Below, piece after piece: positions 1-8,761 of a stretch of DNA of 34,610 bases. Position 1 is the stretch's first letter; each line of letters starts with the position of its first letter. The notes below the pieces were generated by a model. The model was given only the letters and a program-made list of their open reading frames with translations, searched no databases and was not told where the DNA came from. The stretch comes from Armatimonadota bacterium (GTDB taxonomy: Bacteria > Armatimonadota > Fimbriimonadia > Fimbriimonadales > GBS-DC). Location of the stretch: positions 1-34,610 of the forward strand of contig JBBIML010000029.1 in assembly GCA_037444405.1 (NCBI GenBank). Direction: 5' to 3'. The translations under genes and the position numbers were made by a program.

Positions 1-155
1 AGCTGGGTGGTGTGGATTGGCAGGTGGGGGAATGGTATTTGCTGGAGGGTTGGAGCGAGCGGGAGATAGCCGAGCGGTTGGGCTGTTCGCAGAAAGCGGT
101 GAACAAGCGGTTGCAGAAAATCAAGGCATATTTGCGGCAGCAGTTGGGCGATTAG
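1..155 (+). CDS. 3' end of a sigma-70 region-4 HTH protein (ECF-like sigma factor), partial
   Basis: Not in the ORF track. Frame from nt 3 reads LGGVDWQVGEWYLLEGWSEREIAERLGCSQKAVNKRLQKIKAYLRQQLGD*, a typical region-4 pattern. TAG at 153-155. Confidence 0.75.
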   Translation, partial: LGGVDWQVGEWYLLEGWSEREIAERLGCSQKAVNKRLQKIKAYLRQQLGD

Positions 156-294
156 CGCAAAAACAGCGCGAGTGGTGGTGCAGGAGATACTCAAAATTGG
201 CAGAGGCGGCTACATGATAATATAGAGGGCGGGGATGGGAGTTGCGAGCTACCCGCCTTCGGACAGACAACAACGATGGAGGAGGAATGAGGCG

Positions 295-1314
295 ATGAAA
301 ACTCTGAGAGTTGGCACACACAAAAGCCTTGTAGCTGTTGCGGCCAGTTTGATAACACTGGCGATAAGCAGTGCACAGATGAGTGCACAGATGGTCGATC
401 AACCATCACCAGTCCCTGAAAACTGCTTTGTAGAGGTGGTTATCGCTTCTGCAGGACAGCCCATCTCTCTCCTTTTTGAACCTGCCTTACAAGCCGCAGC
501 AGGAGAGCAGCTGGTTTACGATACCTTGATGGGAAGCTTTGTTACGACCAGCCCTTCGTTGATAACATGGGTTCCAACCTGTGCAGGTTGGGATTTTGTG
601 CAGGTACGCGCGGTAGATGCGAATGGCAATTCGCGCGTGGTGGCACGGGTGGACTTTATGGTGGATGACGAGTCGCAGCTGACCGAGACTTACGACCTAA
701 CAGTCGAAGTAGAAGGACGCGGGTGGATAGTACCATTGAGTGCAGGTGGTGAACAATATGCGGCGATCTGGCTGAATGATTATGATACACAGGCACCTGG
801 TCAACCTGGGCGCGGTGGGAGACTATGCCTTCCGCGTCCTAGTCCGCCTCCGGGGTTGACTTGCGCATCACTTCCCCCAGGAGGTTTATGGGTATGTCCA
901 CCTTTTTATGATGCTGCGGTGTATTGTACTGGCCTCTCTACCTGCGAGTACAGAGAGGGACAGGTAGTTGTTGTGCTCTGCGGTGAGGCCGCTGCGCGTT
1001 TAAAGGCGCAGCTTGGCTTACAACATGGGTGTATAAGAATAGGTTCATTTGAAGTTTGTGTGGTTGCAGGTGGTTGTGTTCAGATCATTAGCACCACACG
1101 AACCCGGGTTCAATGTCAACAATGCGTTGTGGATAAGAAGCAATACTGCCGCAGATATTGTTGCAGAAACGGTGTTGTCGAATGCTGTGAACAGCATCTT
1201 TGGCGACAGAGGTGCTGGTATCGGAGACTCTGGCTGCCTTTCGGAGTGGTACATACTAATCCAGACTGTGACCCGCCTGTTGGTCCATATACTCAACCAG
1301 GTTGTAACTGGTAG
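295..1314 (+). CDS. Secreted hypothetical protein with Cys-rich C-terminal half
   Basis: GGAGGA RBS before ATG 295. Signal-like N-terminus MKTLRVGTHKSLVAVAASLITLAISSA. 21 Cys in total. Visibly lower GC than the rest of the window. Confidence 0.7.
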   Translation: MKTLRVGTHKSLVAVAASLITLAISSAQMSAQMVDQPSPVPENCFVEVVIASAGQPISLLFEPALQAAAGEQLVYDTLMGSFVTTSPSLITWVPTCAGWDFVQVRAVDANGNSRVVARVDFMVDDESQLTETYDLTVEVEGRGWIVPLSAGGEQYAAIWLNDYDTQAPGQPGRGGRLCLPRPSPPPGLTCASLPPGGLWVCPPFYDAAVYCTGLSTCEYREGQVVVVLCGEAAARLKAQLGLQHGCIRIGSFEVCVVAGGCVQIISTTRTRVQCQQCVVDKKQYCRRYCCRNGVVECCEQHLWRQRCWYRRLWLPFGVVHTNPDCDPPVGPYTQPGCNW

Positions 1315-1324
1315 ATTTTATCTA

Positions 1325-1361
1325 GGTTCTATCTGATCGCTTCTGGCGATCAGATAGAACC
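1325..1361. terminator. Perfect 16-bp inverted repeat hairpin (terminator or RNA-stabilising stem)
   Basis: GGTTCTATCTGATCGC-ttctg-GCGATCAGATAGAACC immediately after the stop at 1314. No U-tract. Confidence 0.55.
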
Positions 1362-1386
1362 AGCCCGTGGTGAGGAGGAAAATGCT

Positions 1387-2013
1387 ATGCACAAAATGGT
1401 TCGGATTACCATAGGATTGGCTCTCTTTACATGCCCTTGGGGAATCAACACGGAACCCTATCCCCAGGCGACCGCTTCCCAGACCAAGCCGGTGAAAAGT
1501 GTTCAGGTTCTACTTCGCCCTGGACAGACCTACAAACTTTCATTCAGCCAGAAGTTGCCCGTGCTGGAAAAAACAGGTTCTGTGCGACACGAGTGGCTTG
1601 GAGGGAATATTCGGATTCTGGAACAGACTCCCACCTTTGTTCGCTTCCGAACACTGACTTTGCAGGAAGCTCTCATAGAGGCAGGAAGAGCGAATAGTCT
1701 ACACGGTGCCAACATCGATTTGAACGTTGTACGATTTGACTATGAGCATGGACTTCCGTTTAGCTTGAATTATATGGCTATCACTTCGAGCAGGATGGAC
1801 ACAGAGATGGAGCTGCTTTTTCCGCTTGAGACGGCGCCTCGCCGCCGCAAAGCGAAGCGGGTAGAGGTCAAGGGCAGGGGGATCGAGATAGCCGCCGAAA
1901 TTCAACCGAAAGTGCGAGCACGCTTCTATCTTGCCTGTGAAGGGAAGAATAAAGCGATGTATATCTTGCCCCTGAATGACACCTGGCATCTCAAAGATAA
2001 TCGTGGCAATTGA
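1387..2013 (+). CDS. Hypothetical exported protein
   Basis: GAGGAGG RBS, hydrophobic N-terminus, no recognised family. Confidence 0.65.
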   Translation: MHKMVRITIGLALFTCPWGINTEPYPQATASQTKPVKSVQVLLRPGQTYKLSFSQKLPVLEKTGSVRHEWLGGNIRILEQTPTFVRFRTLTLQEALIEAGRANSLHGANIDLNVVRFDYEHGLPFSLNYMAITSSRMDTEMELLFPLETAPRRRKAKRVEVKGRGIEIAAEIQPKVRARFYLACEGKNKAMYILPLNDTWHLKDNRGN

Positions 2014-2045
2014 TGGAGTTGATGAGAGTGAAGGAGGGGTGTGCG

Positions 2046-2627
2046 ATGAAAGACGGGCGATGGCTCGGCTACCTGGCACTTACAACGAGCCTGATACTCT
2101 GGGGTGGCTGGTGGCTCCTCACTCGTACACCTCCTCCCACAGCAACAATCGGCTACTTTGGGGAGAATAAATTTTTATGTGTCCGCCCTGGACAATTGAT
2201 ATGTCTGCGCTTTTCGAAACCTCTCCCTTTAGGAATCGAAGAATGGCGCCAATATTTGCGGAAAATTAATTTAGAAAATGCAATCATCAATTATAACCCT
2301 GAAGAAGTGGGAAGAGGTCAATATTGGGGAGGCATCGGTATAGGCGAATGGTGGTATGTTTCGGAGCACGAAATCATGTATCAGATACCCACAGGGACAT
2401 ATGGTATATATCCTGTGAATTATCCATATCCTAAAAAGCTAAAGTCTGGAGAAAAGTTTGAAATTATGTTGTTCATTATGGGCGATAAAGATCTGGATGG
2501 TATGATTCATCGGCAGGAACGGCTTCCACCTGATGGCAAAGTTCCCTCAAAGGGAACAGTAGAGGTATACTACAAGGAGCTTTCACTCTGGATGAGGTTT
2601 CGGTTCTGGTTGCATCAAAACTTCTGA
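2046..2627 (+). CDS. Hypothetical membrane-anchored protein
   Basis: AAGGAGG RBS before ATG 2046. N-terminal TM segment WLGYLALTTSLILWGGWWLL. AT-rich coding. Confidence 0.65.
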   Translation: MKDGRWLGYLALTTSLILWGGWWLLTRTPPPTATIGYFGENKFLCVRPGQLICLRFSKPLPLGIEEWRQYLRKINLENAIINYNPEEVGRGQYWGGIGIGEWWYVSEHEIMYQIPTGTYGIYPVNYPYPKKLKSGEKFEIMLFIMGDKDLDGMIHRQERLPPDGKVPSKGTVEVYYKELSLWMRFRFWLHQNF

Positions 2628-2703
2628 TAGCTGATGGCTCAATCGGGCGTCTGACCTTCATGCAGGTGCAAGAGAAGCCGCCCGCCAGGTTTAATCCCAA
2701 CCG

Positions 2704-2730
2704 ACAGGAATCGCGTTGAACAGGGCGAAT
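2704..2730 (+). promoter_or_regulatory. SigH-like promoter motif
   Basis: ACAGGAATCGC-N9-GGCGAAT. The same motif occurs at 27480, 28842 and 32032. Confidence 0.5.
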
Positions 2731-2790
2731 TCTGCCTCAGATAGAGGGCAGACACCTGTCATAATCATGCGGGATAGGAGGTAAAAAACG

Positions 2791-3834
2791 ATGAGCCGAA
2801 TGAGTCAGGTGATTCTGGTGTTGGGACTGTCGGGAACGATATCGGCGCTGGTGGCAGCCGATTACTTGGTGAGTTCACTTCAACGGGAAAAAGCGACGCC
2901 CCGACCCGCCTTGCAATCGAGCAACCGTTCGTTGACGGTTCACGACTCGCTACTTACAGGTTCTCTGTTCCGATTGCCAGTGGCGTCTCAGGAGAGCCTG
3001 TTTGTCACGCTGCGTGGTGAGGATAGTTCCCAGCTGAGATATGGCATCGGCTCGATGGCGGCTCGCATCGAAAAGTGGCTTTCGAGCGACCTTTTTGCGG
3101 ACGCTCATCACGCCCGATGGATAGCCCCGAAAAGTTACGCTTATAAAGGCGATCCTGAACCGCAGCCTGTAGACCTGCCTGTGAGATGGACCGACCGCTC
3201 TTTCCAGATTCCCGGTGCGCCGACCCGCTGGAAGTCGGGTGTGGTGATGCGCATCTGGACGCAAGCCGACCCCTCTGGCTCCGAATGGACACAGCAGGTC
3301 GAGTATGCGACCTTCGAGTCATCTTCAGAGGTTTCCGCTCGTGAGGTTATCTACACGCGGGGTGCAGGAAGCAATCACTCGGTTCTGCGAATCAGGTCGA
3401 GCGAGGTCGAATCGAGGACGGGGGTCACCCTTTCGCCGAAAACGAATCGATGGATTATAGCCCTGTTCAGCTCACGGACAGCGGAGCGGAAAGACTCTCT
3501 GCTGGTGATCGGCGTGTTATCGGGTAAGTTTGTCAGCAAGGATGGCTCCATCTCCCTGAACGCGGGTCAGGCGGCATGCCTGCGCGTGAGCCAGAACAAT
3601 GTTCGGGCAGAGTATGTGCAGCCTGTTGAGCTGATTGCACGCGACCACGAATGCATCCTGCGCTGGGAGGCAGTGGAACACGGCTATGAACCCGAGCGGG
3701 TCCAGATTCACGACCATGAGCAACTGCCCGATAGCACAGTGGGCTATTCGTTTGAATCTCTGAAGGCCATGTTTCCGCTCAGCGCGTATGACCTGTGGGC
3801 GAATCAGAAAGTGATCTATTATCCTGTGTTCTGA
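2791..3834 (+). CDS. Hypothetical protein with N-terminal TM/signal anchor
   Basis: AGGAGGT RBS, 347-aa ORF, hydrophobic N-terminus. Confidence 0.65.
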   Translation: MSRMSQVILVLGLSGTISALVAADYLVSSLQREKATPRPALQSSNRSLTVHDSLLTGSLFRLPVASQESLFVTLRGEDSSQLRYGIGSMAARIEKWLSSDLFADAHHARWIAPKSYAYKGDPEPQPVDLPVRWTDRSFQIPGAPTRWKSGVVMRIWTQADPSGSEWTQQVEYATFESSSEVSAREVIYTRGAGSNHSVLRIRSSEVESRTGVTLSPKTNRWIIALFSSRTAERKDSLLVIGVLSGKFVSKDGSISLNAGQAACLRVSQNNVRAEYVQPVELIARDHECILRWEAVEHGYEPERVQIHDHEQLPDSTVGYSFESLKAMFPLSAYDLWANQKVIYYPVF

Positions 3835-3912
3835 GCGTGGGCTGGTGCGGAAGCGCTGTCTGGTTGCCCCCTGTTGCCTGCGTCGTCCCTCGAAGGTGGA
3901 CAGAGGGCGACG

Positions 3913-5016
3913 ATGGGATGGTGGAGACAGTTATGGGAGAAGGCGCGCCTGCCGTTTGCCCGACGGCAAACCGTTCGCTGGCAGCAGGAACAGGCGCCTG
4001 TGGAGATCGATACGCTCGGCGAGCGCGATGCGACCAGCTTCGACGATGACCTGCTCGCCCGACACGGCTTCGAAATCTACGACCAGATGCTGACCGACGC
4101 GCATGTGCGCGCCTGCTTCAATCTCAAGCGGCTGGGCATATTAAGCGTCGGCTGGCGGCTGGAACCTGCCGACGGTTCGCCCGAAGCCGTGCAGGTGCGC
4201 GATTTTGTGCTGTATAATCTGCAGACGATGGCGGGCGGGGTGTTCAGCCTGCTGTGGCGCACGCTGGACGCGCTCGCCAGAGGGTTCGCCGTGCTGGAAA
4301 AGCTCTACGAGTGGCGCACGACGCCTCCCTATCCACAGCGATGGGTGCTGAAGGGTTTCAAAGCCAAGAATCCCGCGCTGTTCGCTTTTGAGGTGGACGC
4401 CTTTCGGAATGTGCGCGCGCTGATTCTGAATGCGCCGAACGGCGAGCGCATCGCCCTGCCCCGCGAAAAGTTCATTCTGTACGCCTACAACGCCCGCTAC
4501 GAGTCGCCCGCCGGCGAATCGGATTTGCGCGCGGCGTACACACACTGGCGGAGCAAACAGCGCATCCTGCAGATGTGGGATCTGTTCCTGGCGAAGTACG
4601 CCTCGCCGACGCTGATTGGCGTCTATCGGCGCGGGCTGCCGCCCAGCCAGCAGGACGAGCTGCTGCGCGCCCTCGATCGGGTTCAGCAGGAGACGGCGAT
4701 GGTCGTGCCCGACGATGTGGAGGTGCGGGCGCTGGAGCTGAAGCAGTCGGGCGCCAACAGCTTCGCCGAAGCCATCACCTACCATAACGCCGAGATAGCC
4801 AAGAGCCTGCTGGGCGAGACGCTCACCACCGACGAGGGTCAGCGGGTGGGCAGCCTCGCGCTGAGACAGGTTCACCTGAAAGTTCTCCAGACCCAGCTCA
4901 GAGCGCTCCGCGCCGACCTCGCCGAGCGCGTGATGCAGGATCAGGTCATTCGCCCGCTGATCCAGCTCAACTTCGGCAGCGCGCCCGAACCGCGCTTCGT
5001 CTGGGAAGACGAATAG
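3913..5016 (+). CDS. Phage portal protein, DUF935 / Mu gp29-like, orphan
   Basis: Motifs YDQMLTDAHV..R, LDALARGFAVLE, P.GESDLRAAY..W..K, FLAKYASP, IAKSLLGETLT and GSLALRQVH match this portal family as I recall it. No other phage genes are adjacent. Confidence 0.85.
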   Translation: MGWWRQLWEKARLPFARRQTVRWQQEQAPVEIDTLGERDATSFDDDLLARHGFEIYDQMLTDAHVRACFNLKRLGILSVGWRLEPADGSPEAVQVRDFVLYNLQTMAGGVFSLLWRTLDALARGFAVLEKLYEWRTTPPYPQRWVLKGFKAKNPALFAFEVDAFRNVRALILNAPNGERIALPREKFILYAYNARYESPAGESDLRAAYTHWRSKQRILQMWDLFLAKYASPTLIGVYRRGLPPSQQDELLRALDRVQQETAMVVPDDVEVRALELKQSGANSFAEAITYHNAEIAKSLLGETLTTDEGQRVGSLALRQVHLKVLQTQLRALRADLAERVMQDQVIRPLIQLNFGSAPEPRFVWEDE

Positions 5017-5059
5017 CGACAGGAACCCATCGCCCCCGCATGGAAACTGCAGGGTGGCG

Positions 5060-6628
5060 ATGTATCTGTTGGCGCTCGATCTGGGCACATCGGTGTGCAA
5101 GGCGGCGATTCTGTCCGCCCGCTGTGAGATTGTTCAACTAGAGCAGGCGCCGCCGGAGCTGCACCTGCTGCCGAACGGCGGCGCGGAGCAAAACCCGCAC
5201 GAGTGGTGGCGCACGCTCACACAGCTGGTACAGCGGCTGGTCGATTCGGCAGGCATGCCAGTGGAGCAGATTCGCGCCGTCAGCTGCGCCTGCCAGTGGT
5301 CCAGCACGGTTGTGATCGATGAAGCGGGCGAGCCGCTGGGCAACGCCATCCTCTGGATGGACACGCGCGGCGCGCCCTATGTGCAGGAGCTGATAGGCGG
5401 CTTCCCCGCGTTTGAAGGCTACAGCCTGCGCAAGCTGTTCACATGGGTGCGGCTGACGGGCGGTGCGCCCGCCCGCTCGGGCAAAGACCCCATCGCCCAC
5501 ATTCTCTACCTTCAGCGCGAGCAGCCCGACCGCTATCGCGCGGCGGCGAAGTTCCTGGAACCAGTGGACTATCTCAACTTTCGGCTGAGCGGCGTCCTGT
5601 GTACCTCGCCCGAAGCCATCACGCTGCACTGGCTGACCGACAATCGCGATTTGCGGCGCGTGGAGTATCACCCGACGCTGTTGCGCTGGGCAGGGATTGA
5701 CCGCGCGAAGCTGCCCGATATTCGGCGGGGCGGGCGCATTCTCGGTACGCTCCGCCCGCAGGTGGCGCAGGAGTGGGGGCTTGCTCCTGACACGCAGGTG
5801 ATTGCGGGCATGCCAGACATCCACGCGGCGGCGGTCGGCTCCGGCGGTATCGCCGATTATGACCCTCACCTCTACATCGGCACCTCTGCATGGCTCAGCT
5901 GCCATGTGCCGTTCAAGAAGACCGATTTGCTGCACAATATGGCGTCGCTGCCCGCCGCGCTGCCCGGTCGCTACTTCGTCGCGAACGAGCAGGAGACCGC
6001 GGGAATGTGCCTTACCTTCTTGCGCGATCATCTCTTCTTTGCGTCGGACGGTCTGACGGGTGCGGCGCCGCAGGACGCCTATGCGCGTTTTGACGAGCTG
6101 GCGGCGCAGGTGCCGGCGGGCAGTGAGGGGTTGCTGTTCACTCCGTGGCTGTATGGCGAGCGCACGCCAGTCGAAGACCATGCCATTCGGGGCGGGTTCC
6201 ATCATCTGTCGCTCCGGCATCAACGGGCGCACATGGTGCGGGCGGTGCTGGAGGGTGTCGCGCTGAACCTGCGCTGGCTGCTGCCCTATGTGGAGCGGTT
6301 CGCGGGTCGGCGGTTCGCGCAGATTCGGGCGATTGGTGGCGGTGCGCGATCCGCGCTCTGGTGCCAGATTCTGGCGGATGTGCTGAACCGCCCGATTGCG
6401 CAGATGGAGTTGCCGGTGGCGGCGCCGTTGCGGGGTGTGGGGCTTCTGTGTGCGCTGGAGCTGGGCTGGCTCACGCCTGATGAAGCGGCGCGATGCCTGC
6501 CCGTTCAGCAGCGGTTCCAGCCCGATGCGGAGCGCGCCCGCCTGTATGACGCGCTCTTCCGCGAGTTTCGCGCGCTCTATCGTGCGAATCGCCCCATCCA
6601 CGCCCGCCTGACCGCCCTCCTGCGGTGA
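5060..6628 (+). CDS. FGGY-family carbohydrate kinase (xylulokinase-like)
   Basis: LALDLGTS..KA, AEQNPHEWW, ILWMDTR, IGTSAW, PWLYGERTP, GGGARS motifs. Confidence 0.9.
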   Translation: MYLLALDLGTSVCKAAILSARCEIVQLEQAPPELHLLPNGGAEQNPHEWWRTLTQLVQRLVDSAGMPVEQIRAVSCACQWSSTVVIDEAGEPLGNAILWMDTRGAPYVQELIGGFPAFEGYSLRKLFTWVRLTGGAPARSGKDPIAHILYLQREQPDRYRAAAKFLEPVDYLNFRLSGVLCTSPEAITLHWLTDNRDLRRVEYHPTLLRWAGIDRAKLPDIRRGGRILGTLRPQVAQEWGLAPDTQVIAGMPDIHAAAVGSGGIADYDPHLYIGTSAWLSCHVPFKKTDLLHNMASLPAALPGRYFVANEQETAGMCLTFLRDHLFFASDGLTGAAPQDAYARFDELAAQVPAGSEGLLFTPWLYGERTPVEDHAIRGGFHHLSLRHQRAHMVRAVLEGVALNLRWLLPYVERFAGRRFAQIRAIGGGARSALWCQILADVLNRPIAQMELPVAAPLRGVGLLCALELGWLTPDEAARCLPVQQRFQPDAERARLYDALFREFRALYRANRPIHARLTALLR

Positions 6629-6680
6629 GGGAATTCCTCCTCTTCTTCGGCGTAGCCTGGTAGTCCTCGCTCTGAGGGCA

Positions 6681-6720
6681 CCCCCTCACCCGTGCCCTCT
6701 CCCCCTTCAGGGGGAGAGGG
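6681..6720. repeat. Short palindromic intergenic repeat (CCCTCACCC...CCCTCTCCC-N-GGGAGAGGG type)
   Basis: Related copies at 25096-25131 and 25135-25177. Lies between convergent genes. Confidence 0.7.
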
Positions 6721-6737
6721 TTCTGGAGGTTTCGGGT

Positions 6738-8153
6738 TCAGACATCGTAGTACAGTGCGAACTCGTAGGGGTGCGGGCGCAGAAGGATCTGCTCCACCTC
6801 GCGTTTGCGCTTGTACTCGATGTAGGTCTCCAGCAGGTCGGGGGTGAACACGCCGCCTTTGAGCAGGAACTCGTGATCGCTCTCCAGCGCGTCGAGCGCT
6901 TCGGAGAGGCTGGCGGGCGTGGTCTTGATGCCGATGCGCTCCTCCGGCGGCAGCTCGTAGAGGTCTTTGTCGATGGGGTCGGGCGGCAGGATGCGGTTCT
7001 GGATGCCGTCCAGCCCCGCCATCAGCATCGCCGCGAACGCCAGATAGGGGTTGCAGGAGGGGTCGGGCGCACGGAACTCGATGCGACGCGCCTTCGGGCT
7101 GGGGGAATAGGTCGGGATACGGATGCACGCGCTGCGGTTGCGCTGGCTGTAGACCAGGTTGATGGGCGCCTCGTAGCCCGGCACCAGCCGCCGATAGGAG
7201 TTGGTGCTGGGCGCGGCGAACGCCAGCACCGCCGGCGCATGGTACAGGATGCCGCCGATATAGTAGAGCGCGGTCTCCGACAGCATCGCGTAGCCCCGCT
7301 CATCATAAAACAGGTTCTCGCCCGCCTTCCACAGGCTCTGGTGCGTGTGCATGCCGGAGCCGTTATCCTGAAACACGGGCTTGGGCATGAAGGTCACGGT
7401 GTAGCCGTTGCGAGCGGCGACATTTTTGACCACATATTTGTAGAGCATCACCTTGTCCGCCATGCGGGTGAGCGTGTCGTAGCGGATGTCGATCTCGGCT
7501 TGACCTGCGGCGCCGACCTCGTGATGCTGCACTTCGACCTCCACGCCGCACTCGATCAGGGTGAGCATCATCTCGGTGCGCAGGTCCTGCAGGGTGTCGG
7601 CGGGCGGCACGGGGAAGTAGCCCCCTTTGAGGCGCATCTTGTGCCCCAGGTTCGGCTTCTCCTCGCGACCCGTGTTCCACTCGGCTTCGTCCGAATCGAG
7701 GTAGTAGTAGCCGTAGTTGGGACCCTGCCCGTAGCGCACATCGTTGAAGATGTAGAACTCCACTTCGGGACCGAAGTAGGCGGTGTCGGCGATGCCTGAC
7801 GCGCGCAGGTACGCCTCCGCCTTGTACGCCACATAGCGCGGGTCGCGCGTGTACCGCTCGCGCGTGATGGGATCGACCACATCGCAGATGAAGCTCACGG
7901 TGGGCACCTCGGTGAACGGGTCCATAAACGCCGTTTCGGGGTCGGGCATCAGCAGCATGTCGGAGAGGTTGATAGTCTGAAAGCCGCGGATGGAGGAGCC
8001 ATCGAAACCGATGCCCTCCTCGAACAGTTCCTCGGTGAGCGCCTCGATGGGCATCGAGAAGTGATGCCACATACCGAACAGGTCGGTGAACTTGAGATCG
8101 ACGACACGCGCGTCATGCTCTCGCGCGAACTGAATCGCTTCCCTTGGACTCAT
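6738..8153 (-). CDS. glnA: Type I glutamine synthetase
   Basis: [43 protein letters not shown] motifs. Adenylylation-loop-like [21 protein letters not shown]. Confidence 0.98.
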   Translation of the reverse strand: MSPREAIQFAREHDARVVDLKFTDLFGMWHHFSMPIEALTEELFEEGIGFDGSSIRGFQTINLSDMLLMPDPETAFMDPFTEVPTVSFICDVVDPITRERYTRDPRYVAYKAEAYLRASGIADTAYFGPEVEFYIFNDVRYGQGPNYGYYYLDSDEAEWNTGREEKPNLGHKMRLKGGYFPVPPADTLQDLRTEMMLTLIECGVEVEVQHHEVGAAGQAEIDIRYDTLTRMADKVMLYKYVVKNVAARNGYTVTFMPKPVFQDNGSGMHTHQSLWKAGENLFYDERGYAMLSETALYYIGGILYHAPAVLAFAAPSTNSYRRLVPGYEAPINLVYSQRNRSACIRIPTYSPSPKARRIEFRAPDPSCNPYLAFAAMLMAGLDGIQNRILPPDPIDKDLYELPPEERIGIKTTPASLSEALDALESDHEFLLKGGVFTPDLLETYIEYKRKREVEQILLRPHPYEFALYYDV

Positions 8154-8236
8154 AGTGACCTCCTGTTTTTGTTAGTGCTGGCACGCGATAGGCGTGCGAA
8201 AAGGCACTCTGCCGTCGTGCAGAGCGACCATCGAGG

Positions 8237-8305
8237 CGGCACCGTTGCCGACATAGGGGCGACGGAACAGGGCTAACAGCGGTCTGCATGCGCCGTTGCC
8301 ATGCA
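8237..8305 (-). promoter_or_regulatory. Two ANTAR-type hexaloop hairpins in the glnA leader
   Basis: Minus strand: TGCATgGC-AACGGC-GCATGCA and CGGC-AACGGT-GCCG. Both loops have A1 and G4. Confidence 0.5.
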
Positions 8306-8334
8306 GTGAGGAGCCACTGCTCGCGTCCAATCCA

Positions 8335-8340
8335 ATTATA
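8335..8340 (-). promoter_or_regulatory. Putative -10 box (TATAAT) of the glnA promoter
   Basis: GGGGTATAAT on the minus strand about 180 nt upstream of the glnA start. The -35 spacing is atypical. Confidence 0.45.
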
Positions 8341-8374
8341 CCCCACCCCGCTGACAAAAAAGTCAAGGGGACGG

Positions 8375-8499
8375 GAGGGTGTTCGAAAAATCATCTCTTG
8401 CGAGCCGCTTGAGCAGGGCGCGGGTACGGGCGCGGCGACCACGCCCGTACTTGACACGGGTACGGGCGCGGTTCCCGCGCCCTGTTTTCGAACACCCTC
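8375..8499. mobile_element. 125-bp MITE-like element
   Basis: 15-bp perfect TIR GAGGGTGTTCGAAAA / TTTTCGAACACCCTC, flanked by the 9-bp direct repeat AGGGGACGG at 8366-8374 and 8500-8508. Contains REP-like palindromes. Confidence 0.65.
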
Positions 8500-8540
8500 A
8501 GGGGACGGGGGGTGTTCGAAAAATCAGGCATGAGGGGGGT

Positions 8541-8685
8541 CGGCTGAAGCCGTTCCTGTGCAAACAAAGCCGACGCAGGTCGGCTGAAGTAGCCAGCGCA
8601 TCTTGCGCTTGAGTTTGGGCAGGATGCCCCAGCTACGGGGAGCCAGCGCAGGCGGGATTTGTTTGGGTAGGAACGGCTTCAGCCG
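8541..8685. repeat. Nested REP-like inverted repeat element
   Basis: 17-bp IR CGGCTGAAGCCGTTCCT / AGGAACGGCTTCAGCCG enclosing a GTAG...CTAC doublet at 8589-8636. Confidence 0.65.
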
Positions 8686-8761
8686 TCTGGTTCAGGTAGT
8701 GAATTCCTGGGCAATCCCACCAAGGCAGGAATAACTATTGTAAGGTACGAAACAGCCTTCC

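Noticed and set aside
5060..6628. Calling the kinase xylB or fucK and linking it to fucI
   Set aside because: Substrate specificity cannot be read from the motifs, and the genes are 25 kb apart.
8335..8366. Canonical sigma-70 promoter TTGACT...TATAAT for glnA
   Set aside because: The spacer is 20 nt, too long. Only the -10 box is kept as a call.
8366..8690. CRISPR array
   Set aside because: The repeats are inverted or nested, not regularly spaced direct repeats with unique spacers. No cas genes.
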